A stretch of DNA of 35,787 bases. Origin: a virus (lineage: Duplodnaviria; Caudoviricetes). Made by a program: the position numbers and the translations under genes. Every line of letters begins with the position of its first letter. Position 1 is the stretch's first letter. The DNA lies in the IMG/VR virus record IMGVR_UViG_3300025018_000328, positions 1 through 35,787 of that record. One strand, 5' to 3'. Shown piece after piece: positions 1 to 6,922 of this stretch. The notes beneath the pieces were generated by a model that saw only the letters and a program-made list of their open reading frames with translations, was not told the origin of the DNA and did no database searches.

Positions 1-134
1 AATACCAATAAATACAGAGCCTTATGAGGATTTTATAGATGAATTATAAAAAGCAACTGTCAGTCCTGTCATCTGTGTATTCTATATTGGTAACTATATT
101 TATAGTTTATATATATATATATATATATATACCT
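1..134 (+). repeat. Terminal direct repeat, left copy
   Basis: 1-134 matches 35654-35787 except A127 vs T35780. Positions 2-49 re-encode the last codons of the replicase (IPINTEPYEDFIDEL*). Confidence 0.97.
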
Positions 135-190
135 ATACGTGGATAAATATATATATATAGAAAACCATATGACACGTCCGACACTTGGAG
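50..190. other. Putative replication origin
   Basis: Non-coding and directly downstream of the replicase stop. Two (TA)n tracts (108-131, ~148-159) are flanked by inverted motif pairs TGTCAgtccTGTCA (58-71) and TGACAcgtcCGACA (170-183). A DnaA-box-like site (CGTGGATAA) lies at 138-146. Confidence 0.6.
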
Positions 191-198
191 GGTAAAAA

Positions 199-423
199 AT
201 GATAGAAAAAAAGAGTAAAATATTAGGTAAAAAAATAGTTATTTTAGATCGTAAAAATCAACTAAAAAATAAAGAGATAAAAATAACTGCATATACAAAG
301 TTTGAGGTAGAAAAACTAACGGCTATACAAGATACTTCCGCGCGCGAGGATTACGAGCAATTATTAAAATGCATCGACTGGACTAAGGAAATCTTTGGCA
401 ATGAGACTGAAATAATAGATTAA
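199..423 (+). CDS. Hypothetical protein
   Basis: 74-aa ORF with a GGAGG Shine-Dalgarno upstream. Confidence 0.7.
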   Translation: MIEKKSKILGKKIVILDRKNQLKNKEIKITAYTKFEVEKLTAIQDTSAREDYEQLLKCIDWTKEIFGNETEIID

Positions 424-445
424 CATACAAACAAAGGAGTTATTT

Positions 446-712
446 ATGAAAGGCAAGAAAAACAACGCATATTACGCTATCCCTGAAAATTTAGGTAAAC
501 TTGATACATTGTTACTAACTATACCCATATCATATCGCAGAATAGCGAAAAAAGCATATGCTGGTGAAAAAAAAGGGGTGTTCTTAATAAAGACGAAGTG
601 TCAAGAATGTGTAAATTATGAAGATGTTAGAAATAGAGTTAAGAATTGTACCGCTTATCGATGTCCCTTACATGCATGGAGACCGTATCAAAATCAAACT
701 AAAGAAAAATAG
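446..712 (+). CDS. Small Cys-rich, putative zinc-binding phage protein
   Basis: AAGGAG SD. Motif IKTKCQEC...VKNCTAYRCPLHAWRP (CxxC...Cx4CPL). Confidence 0.75.
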   Translation: MKGKKNNAYYAIPENLGKLDTLLLTIPISYRRIAKKAYAGEKKGVFLIKTKCQECVNYEDVRNRVKNCTAYRCPLHAWRPYQNQTKEK

Positions 713-785
713 CCTTGATTTTATTAATTAATTTAAAGTATTCTGTAAATACTCATTAAAAGCTCAAAGCAAGCGTTTTTCTATC

Positions 786-815
786 AGGGGTGGATGTAAT
801 TGTGCATTCACCTCT
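786..815 (+). other. 13-bp stem-loop in the intergenic region
   Basis: AGGGGTGGATGTA-ATTG-TGCATTCACCTCT pairs fully on the + strand, using three G-U pairs. Confidence 0.6.
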
Positions 816-864
816 TAAAACCCGCCAGAATCGATTTAAACGCATTTTAAACGTATTTGATAGG

Positions 865-960
865 TGACATTAATTGTCATTTGTCCGTTTTTTGCGGACA
901 GTTGCATAGGTTTTTAACTAAAAATGTACATAATGTTGACATAAGTGACAAATTTTGTCA
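865..960. promoter_or_regulatory. Operator-like palindrome cluster
   Basis: TGACA-N5-TGTCA at 865-879 and 946-960, and TGTCCG-N7-CGGACA at 882-900. TTGACA at 936-941 with AATAAT at 960-965 puts the second palindrome inside a sigma70-like spacer. Confidence 0.6.
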
Positions 961-1001
961 ATAATATCATGTCGATTCAGGTATACTTTTGAAGTATTAC
1001 T

Positions 1002-1010
1002 TGATATAAT
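1002..1010 (+). promoter_or_regulatory. Extended -10 promoter element
   Basis: TGaTATAAT upstream of the AAGGAG SD and ATG of 1043..1315. Confidence 0.5.
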
Positions 1011-1042
1011 GAATGTAGGTAGAGTAACAAAGGAGTAAAAAA

Positions 1043-1315
1043 ATGAAACAAATTTGTTCAATTTGCAAAAGGATAAGAAAAAAAAGTAAAAGAAAAATTA
1101 AGGATTGTTTTTTTGATATTTTAATTGACCAAAATTTTTATTGCCTTTGTGAAAAATGTTATAACGAACATAATACAACTATTGAAAAAAAGTTTGAGTT
1201 AAGAAGCAAAAAAAAACAAAAGCATTTAGAGATGCTAGATAGAATGAGCGTGTTACAAAGATTAAAAAAGAAAGATTATTATGAAATACTTAGTTTATGT
1301 AAAGCTTATAACTAA
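1043..1315 (+). CDS. Hypothetical protein, putative zinc finger
   Basis: AAGGAG SD. CSIC and CEKC motifs; basic protein. Confidence 0.75.
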   Translation: MKQICSICKRIRKKSKRKIKDCFFDILIDQNFYCLCEKCYNEHNTTIEKKFELRSKKKQKHLEMLDRMSVLQRLKKKDYYEILSLCKAYN

Positions 1316-1466
1316 TAAAACCATTGGGTATGAATTCCCGACTGAAAAAACACAAAACGAGTTTTTCAATTATATAACAAACAAAGAAAATAAAGAATTT
1401 GTATTAGAGGCAATAAAAACGATTGATACTAAAAAAATTAAAACTAAAAAATTAAATGTCAAATAG
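1281..1466 (+). CDS. Hypothetical protein
   Basis: 61-aa ORF overlapping the previous gene on the same strand. Confidence 0.55.
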   Translation: MKYLVYVKLITNKTIGYEFPTEKTQNEFFNYITNKENKEFVLEAIKTIDTKKIKTKKLNVK

Positions 1467-1503
1467 TTTTTTGAGAAAGCTTTATTAAAAACACTCTTAG
1501 CTT

Positions 1504-1689
1504 TCACTGCACCGTAAATCCATACTTATACGGCCAGCAACTTTCATCCACTACTTGCTTGCCACAATTCATACACACAATTACTTGAACCTCACGCTGA
1601 CACGTTTCATCCCCTACCACTGCATTAAAATATTGATAACTATATGCCCCGCATTCCTCACATTCTTTTAATGGTTGCATGTTATTCAT
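1504..1689 (-). CDS. Small zinc-ribbon protein, probably leaderless (start revised from 1725 to the ATG at 1689)
   Basis: CEEC...CMNC pairs. The annotated N-terminal extension is occupied by a consensus promoter whose +1 falls on the ATG at 1689. Confidence 0.65.
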   Translation of the reverse strand: MNNMQPLKECEECGAYSYQYFNAVVGDETCQREVQVIVCMNCGKQVVDESCWPYKYGFTVQ

Positions 1690-1695
1690 ATTTTT

Positions 1696-1725
1696 ATTAT
1701 ACTCTTTTATTGGTAATATGTGCAA
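1696..1725 (-). promoter_or_regulatory. Sigma70-type promoter for the zinc-ribbon gene
   Basis: On the - strand: TTGCAC (1725-1720), 18-nt spacer, TATAAT (1701-1696). Confidence 0.65.
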
Positions 1726-1749
1726 ATTTATATTCTAATTCCTTTGTTC

Positions 1750-1787
1750 AAAAAACCTTGAGCAATAAAAAAGCTTGAGGTTTTTTT
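1750..1787 (+). terminator. Rho-independent terminator
   Basis: AAAAAACCTTGAGC-loop-GCTTGAGGTTTTTTT. The G-U pairs favour the + strand, and a T-tract follows. Confidence 0.65.
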
Positions 1788-1810
1788 ATTTATAAATCAC
1801 ACTTATTTTT

Positions 1811-2167
1811 ATGAGCAAGCGACTTAAACTACAACCAATTAAATTCAATGAAACTGCGCTTATCAATCAAATTCTAAAACTACTAAAATTTAAATACAAC
1901 ATTACTGCATGGCGTAATCACTCGGTAGGAATATATGATGCCGCAAGGAAAGTATTCCGTAAACCCCACACTAGACGTGGTACTTCAGACATACTTGGCT
2001 TGTTACCCACTAACGGCAAGCTTCTTGCCATTGAAGCAAAAGTGCATCCCAATAAACCCACAATTGACCAACTGTTGTTTATACAAGACGTCAAAAATAG
2101 CCATGGTATTGGCTTTGTGGCCTATTCACTTGAAGACGTGGAAAAACATTTACATGACAACATTTGA
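1811..2167 (+). CDS. VRR-NUC domain nuclease (PD-(D/E)xK)
   Basis: GTSDILG...LAIEAKV...PTIDQLLFI...GIGFVAYSLEDV matches the VRR-NUC pattern. Confidence 0.88.
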   Translation: MSKRLKLQPIKFNETALINQILKLLKFKYNITAWRNHSVGIYDAARKVFRKPHTRRGTSDILGLLPTNGKLLAIEAKVHPNKPTIDQLLFIQDVKNSHGIGFVAYSLEDVEKHLHDNI

Positions 2168-2450
2168 AATCATTGGTATTAAACGCATGTGGCGTTATGC
2201 GTTGTATTATTACTTAAAAGATTTAAGCATGTTTTTGTTATACAAAAATAGTAATAATCTTTCTCGTAGTCTAAAATCATATGTAAGAGAATTAAAACAA
2301 AATGTAATTATCGGTAATTGCTATTGGCACAATACTATTTATGCAGAAAAAATATGTGAACTTTGTGACTTCGATTATGTCAAGTTTTTAATTGCGTGTG
2401 ATAAAATAATAAACACACCAGACAGTGTTTCTTATTTTAGAAAATTATGA
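2154..2450 (+). CDS. Hypothetical protein (start revised from 1935 to the ATG at 2154)
   Basis: In-frame ATG overlapping the VRR-NUC stop. The upstream extension is a shadow frame of VRR-NUC. Confidence 0.6.
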   Translation: MTTFEIIGIKRMWRYALYYYLKDLSMFLLYKNSNNLSRSLKSYVRELKQNVIIGNCYWHNTIYAEKICELCDFDYVKFLIACDKIINTPDSVSYFRKL

Positions 2451-2462
2451 TACCTAATTTTT

Positions 2463-3059
2463 ATGACAGAAAGACAATCAATAAGTTTTTCAGAATATCG
2501 TAAACATCATAAAGAAAAAAAAGACCAGGCACGAGAACTGTATTTTAATTTCGTGGATCAAAAAGAAATTTGTAAAAAATTGGGACTAAAACGTGAGACC
2601 TTAAAAAACTGGGTCAATGATTCAAAACGATATAAAAATTCTGGTTGGAGTAAACTCCGCACCGACTTGGTATACGCGGCTCTCAAAAGCTCGTTTGAGC
2701 AAAGAGGCTTTGTTATATCAAAAATGTGGTCCGCTTCTTTGCCCTGGATCTATAATTCTATTATACATCATATCAATGGTAAAAAAATATTGTCGCTTCC
2801 TGAAATGTTAATTGTAAGCAACCTACTATCCAGTCTAGACAAGGTGTTCCGGTTAGACACAGGTCAATCAACAGAAAATATTGATGTAAAAAAACTAGAA
2901 CCGTTGTCACTAACAGAAATTAAAAAGATACTTGAATCAGATTATTTCATTGATGCGAAAGACAAAAACAAACCAATCGATATTAGCGACAAAAACCAAC
3001 AAGCGGAACTTTCATTGGAATATAAAAATCCAGTTGACCCGATGATAAATAATTTATAA
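2463..3059 (+). CDS. terS: Probable terminase small subunit (N-terminal HTH)
   Basis: KDQARELY...KEICKKLGLKRETLKNWV...GW HTH pattern, C-terminal G-x-STE motif, and position upstream of terL. Confidence 0.65.
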   Translation: MTERQSISFSEYRKHHKEKKDQARELYFNFVDQKEICKKLGLKRETLKNWVNDSKRYKNSGWSKLRTDLVYAALKSSFEQRGFVISKMWSASLPWIYNSIIHHINGKKILSLPEMLIVSNLLSSLDKVFRLDTGQSTENIDVKKLEPLSLTEIKKILESDYFIDAKDKNKPIDISDKNQQAELSLEYKNPVDPMINNL

Positions 3060-3069
3060 AGTTTTTTAA

Positions 3070-3255
3070 ATGAAATTAAAAATGAAAAAAGTTTCGTATG
3101 ATCGATTAATCGCTTGGTTTAATTTAAGTGAAGTATTTAAATTGTATGAATATGATGGGTGGCATTATTGGCTTGAAAGAGAAGATGGTAGCGGCATGCC
3201 AATTAAAAAAGCCTCTGTTTTATCTTTTTTGGTAAATCAATTGAAAGACTTTTAA
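3070..3255 (+). CDS. Hypothetical protein
   Basis: 61-aa ORF filling the gap in a tightly packed operon. Confidence 0.6.
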   Translation: MKLKMKKVSYDRLIAWFNLSEVFKLYEYDGWHYWLEREDGSGMPIKKASVLSFLVNQLKDF

Positions 3256-3274
3256 CACTTATCACAGAGGGTAA

Positions 3275-3520
3275 ATGCAAATAAAAGAAATTGTATCGCG
3301 CGCAAATGAAATAAAATTTAGTGACGCAAATATAACAATATGCAAACTAGGAGACAATAAAGTATGTTATATTACTACTAGTGGTATTTATTTTAAATAT
3401 ACATTTGGTAAATGGTTACGATTCAGAAGTGTTTTAGCTGAATTGAATTATTTAAAAATCTGGAATATTGCAAACACTAGTTTAATCGTTTATTTATTTT
3501 ATAGGTTAATATGGAAATAA
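3275..3520 (+). CDS. Hypothetical protein with a hydrophobic C-terminus
   Basis: GAGG SD; overlaps the start of the next gene. Confidence 0.6.
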   Translation: MQIKEIVSRANEIKFSDANITICKLGDNKVCYITTSGIYFKYTFGKWLRFRSVLAELNYLKIWNIANTSLIVYLFYRLIWK

Positions 3521-4788
3521 AAATAAATTGTACAGCAACTGATTTTCTACCGATATCGAAATTAACTAACTTGCAGGGAAATCTTAAATCCCTTTCAAAA
3601 GATAATTACGAGAAACTAAAAAACCATATTCTTACATTTGGTTTTTCTTCTCCCTTCCATGTATGGAAAGACGGGGAAGTTAATTATATATTAGATGGCA
3701 CCCAACGCCTTCGTACATTGCAAACAATGCAAAGCGAAGGTTGTGATTTGCCAAATTTACCAGTTACCTTCATTAACGCACGGGATATAAAAGAAGCACG
3801 CACTATCTTAATATCTCTTGCCAGTACGTACGGTGAAGTTACTAACGAATCTCTATATGAGTTTATGCACCTATCGGAAATGCCTTTGGAATTATTACAA
3901 GATCATTCTTATTTTCCAAATATTGATTATGATAAGTTTGCAGAATATTCTTTAGATTTAGATAATAAAGATAAATACGATGAATCTAAAGAAGATGATA
4001 TTCCTGAAGTAACACAATCTATTTGTAAGCTAGGTGATATTTGGCAGTTGGGTAATCATCGGTTATTATGCGGTGACTGTACTGTGAAAGAGAACGTTGA
4101 CAAGTTAATGAATGGTGAAAAAGCCGATATGGTTTTTACTGATCCGCCGTATGGGGTTGGATATGAACAAGGGAAGTTTACAGGGATAGAAGTTAAAAAC
4201 AAATTCAAACCAATTATGAATGACGAAAAAACAGGGGAAGAACTTAAAGCTTTTATTATTTCTGTTTATAAAAATATATTTGATCTTTGCCACGAACATG
4301 CACCAATCTATGTGTGTTCGCCATCAATGACGGAGTCATTGATGATTTTAGAAGGTTGTAAATATTCTGGCTTCCATATGCAATCACAAATAATATGGTA
4401 CAAGAATCAATTCATATTGGGACTTTGTGATTATCATCGGAGGCATGAAGTTGTTTGGTATGGATATAAAGGAAAGAATCATTTTTGGTGTGGCGATAGA
4501 ACCCAGGATTCCGTTTGGTTAATTAAAAAAGATCCGCATAGTGCTTATGTACATCCAACTCAAAAACCTATCGAGTTAATAGAAAAAGCAATTAATAATT
4601 CAAGTAAGTTTAATAATAATATACTAGATTTATTTGGCGGTTCCGGATCAACTCTTATCGCCTGTGAAAAAACAAATCGTAAATGTTTTATAATGGAATT
4701 AGACCCACATTATTGCGACGTGATTATTAAAAGATGGGAAGATTATACTGGCAAGAAGGCAGAAAAAATATCAGGAGATCAATCATGA
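3511..4788 (+). CDS. ParB/Srx-like N-terminal domain fused to a beta-class N4-C/N6-A DNA methyltransferase
   Basis: N-terminal ILDGTQRL ParB-like motif. Then GDIWQLGNHRLLCGD, catalytic DPPY, HPTQKP and SAM-binding LDLFGGSGST, with motif IV before motif I (beta order). Confidence 0.93.
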   Translation: MEIKINCTATDFLPISKLTNLQGNLKSLSKDNYEKLKNHILTFGFSSPFHVWKDGEVNYILDGTQRLRTLQTMQSEGCDLPNLPVTFINARDIKEARTILISLASTYGEVTNESLYEFMHLSEMPLELLQDHSYFPNIDYDKFAEYSLDLDNKDKYDESKEDDIPEVTQSICKLGDIWQLGNHRLLCGDCTVKENVDKLMNGEKADMVFTDPPYGVGYEQGKFTGIEVKNKFKPIMNDEKTGEELKAFIISVYKNIFDLCHEHAPIYVCSPSMTESLMILEGCKYSGFHMQSQIIWYKNQFILGLCDYHRRHEVVWYGYKGKNHFWCGDRTQDSVWLIKKDPHSAYVHPTQKPIELIEKAINNSSKFNNNILDLFGGSGSTLIACEKTNRKCFIMELDPHYCDVIIKRWEDYTGKKAEKISGDQS

Positions 4789-4985
4789 TACCAAACGATG
4801 ACACGTCAACACCGGCTTATGAAGCACTAAAAGAATATTCACTTAAGCAGGAAAAAGAATTGACGGAACAACTAGAATCATTACAATCACAATTTGACTT
4901 ATTGAAGTCACAAGCTTATAAATTAGAAGGTGAGCGAGACGCATTATTAGAAACAATCAAATTACTTTTAGGGAGGGATTTATGA
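4785..4985 (+). CDS. Hypothetical coiled-coil protein (start revised from 4734 to 4785)
   Basis: ATGA overlap with the methyltransferase stop, AGGAG SD, heptad pattern. Confidence 0.7.
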   Translation: MIPNDDTSTPAYEALKEYSLKQEKELTEQLESLQSQFDLLKSQAYKLEGERDALLETIKLLLGRDL

Positions 4986-5245
4986 AATTCGAAGATTTTA
5001 GACTTGAGTTAATAAAAGAAATCGGAAGCATCGATGCCAGCACAATAGAAAAAATATTAGTTAAAGTTTTACAAGACAAACTAGAAAAAAAAGCAACACA
5101 ATTGTTAGAACAAGAAGATGCTAAAAGTGTCATGTCAATAATATCAGAATTTAGAGTGTTCGTTCAAGATGCTGTAGAAAAACAAAGCTTTGAAAAATTA
5201 AAAGAAAAATTTAAACCTATTGAAGTAGTTGCTGAAGCAAAGTAA
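4982..5245 (+). CDS. Hypothetical protein
   Basis: GGAGG SD; ATGA overlap. Confidence 0.7.
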   Translation: MKFEDFRLELIKEIGSIDASTIEKILVKVLQDKLEKKATQLLEQEDAKSVMSIISEFRVFVQDAVEKQSFEKLKEKFKPIEVVAEAK

Positions 5246-5247
5246 TT

Positions 5248-6627
5248 GTGATAGATGAAAAACGAGCTTCCGATTACGCTAAAATCATACAATCCCTGCA
5301 TGCTAAGTGGACACCGCATCAGGGACAAATCACAATCGGCAAAGCTTTGTTCAGAGATGAAAAGAAAAACCTTTTTATAAACGCAGGTCGTAAGTTCGGT
5401 AAAACCGAGCTTGCGATCTATATTCTTTGGCGATGGGCACTCACACATCCACAATCAAATTGTTACTACATAACACCTAGTTTAAAACAAGGACGGGAAA
5501 TTGTTTGGGCAGATCCGCGTATACTAACTTTAGGCGATCATAGTCATATAAAGAAAATAAACAATTTTGAAATGAGATTAATATTTAATAACGATTCGTT
5601 TATAAAAATAGATGGTTCAGAAAACTATCAAGCGCATAGAGGAACCAGGCCTAGCATTGTTATATTTGAAGAGTTTAAAGATCATAACCCTGAATTTAGA
5701 AACGTAATGAAACCTAATCTTGCTGTTTATAATGCACCAGAGATATTTATCGGAACCCCCGATGACAGAGAATCACATTACTATCAAGTTATGCGTGAAC
5801 ATCAAAACGATCCGAATAAGTTTTACTTTGAAGCCTCGACTTATACAAATCCTATAATACCTAGAAAATTCATAGAAGACGAGCGTAAAAGATTATATGA
5901 TATAGGCGAAGGCGATGTATTCGAGCGCGAATACATGGCAAAGCCGGTATTAGGAACAGCTTCAAAAATATATCCCATGATTGATAAATCTTATATTGTT
6001 TCACATGAAACATTGCTGCAAGAAATTGAAAAGGATAAACATAAACTAGAGTGGTATATTGCGGCCGATCCTGCAGGTGCAAGCACCTTTGGTGTATTAT
6101 TTATGGCCTTAAACCCATACACTAAAACCTGGTATGCACTGGACGAAATATACGAAAGAGATCAACTTGAAATGACGGTTGTGAAAATAGGACAACGGAT
6201 TCAAGATATTAAAAAATCATTATGGCACCGCGAGTGGACACAAATATATGATGAGGCAGCCACTTGGTTTAGTAATGAAATGATACAACACTACGGTGAA
6301 CACTACTTTCCTACTCAAAAATCTATGCACAATAAAGAAAATGGCCTTACTTTAATTAAAGACGTATTGTTTCAACGTAAGCTTTTAATTTCATCAAAAT
6401 GTAAATATCTTTATTGGGAAATGGATAACTACTATAAAGACAAAAACGGCAACATACCTAAAAAAAATGATCATTTAGGAAGTGATTGTCTTAGATATAT
6501 ATTAGGCTTTGCTAATTACTCATTACATGAAACACAAGAACCGAAAATTGAGGAAGAAGAAATTTGGTTAGATCAACACAGAAGTTTACGCAGCAAACAA
6601 CCTTCTTCTGAATGGGAAACTTTTTAG
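5248..6627 (+). CDS. terL: Terminase large subunit
   Basis: Q motif PHQGQ, Walker A AGRKFGKT, Walker B IVIFEE, coupling motif IGTP, and RNase H-like nuclease motifs AADPAG and KNDH..DCLRY. Confidence 0.93.
   Translation: MIDEKRASDYAKIIQSLHAKWTPHQGQITIGKALFRDEKKNLFINAGRKFGKTELAIYILWRWALTHPQSNCYYITPSLKQGREIVWADPRILTLGDHSHIKKINNFEMRLIFNNDSFIKIDGSENYQAHRGTRPSIVIFEEFKDHNPEFRNVMKPNLAVYNAPEIFIGTPDDRESHYYQVMREHQNDPNKFYFEASTYTNPIIPRKFIEDERKRLYDIGEGDVFEREYMAKPVLGTASKIYPMIDKSYIVSHETLLQEIEKDKHKLEWYIAADPAGASTFGVLFMALNPYTKTWYALDEIYERDQLEMTVVKIGQRIQDIKKSLWHREWTQIYDEAATWFSNEMIQHYGEHYFPTQKSMHNKENGLTLIKDVLFQRKLLISSKCKYLYWEMDNYYKDKNGNIPKKNDHLGSDCLRYILGFANYSLHETQEPKIEEEEIWLDQHRSLRSKQPSSEWETF
5997..6012. promoter_or_regulatory. 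parS-like palindrome 1 (inside terL)
   Basis: TGTTTCACATGAAACA matches the bacterial chromosomal parS consensus TGTTTCACGTGAAACA at 15/16. Confidence 0.7.
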
Positions 6628-6655
6628 TTGCAATTATTTATTAATTTGGTACTTT
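6628..6655 (+). promoter_or_regulatory. Possible promoter for the portal operon
   Basis: TTGCAA, 16-nt spacer ending in TGG, then TACTTT, in the gap after terL. Confidence 0.35.
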
Positions 6656-6664
6656 TATAGACAC

Positions 6665-6904
6665 ATGATAGAGTTTATTTTTGGCATCATAGTTATAATC
6701 GTAGCACTGCATGTTTTATCCACATTGGCACTATCATACTATTTAATAAAAGCGCATAATGAAATAACTAAAATTAAAAATTCTCAAACTAACTTTTCAA
6801 ATGATGTTAAATTTGAAATGCCTGTTATAAAAAACACTACAGACAAAGAAGACGACGATTTACAAAACATGGACTTTAAAAAGTTTTTTGACGAAGTAAA
6901 TTAA
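6665..6904 (+). CDS. Small single-pass membrane protein
   Basis: About 25 hydrophobic N-terminal residues and an acidic tail; sits between terL and portal. Confidence 0.75.
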   Translation: MIEFIFGIIVIIVALHVLSTLALSYYLIKAHNEITKIKNSQTNFSNDVKFEMPVIKNTTDKEDDDLQNMDFKKFFDEVN

Positions 6905-6922
6905 CGAAAAGCGAGGGGCACC

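Noticed and set aside
713-1042. tRNA or other known RNA gene in the intergenic regions
   Set aside because: No cloverleaf, T-loop or CCA pattern could be identified by eye.
1935-2153. N-terminal extension of ORF 1935..2450, and short alternative-frame ORFs 2617-2811, 10128-10346 and 32710-32898
   Set aside because: These are shadow frames overlapping real genes or regulatory hairpins, without SD support.
3511-3960. ParB-like domain as the phage's own partition protein
   Set aside because: It is fused to a methyltransferase, shows no HTH and has no ParA partner, so it is not evidence of a self-encoded ParABS system.
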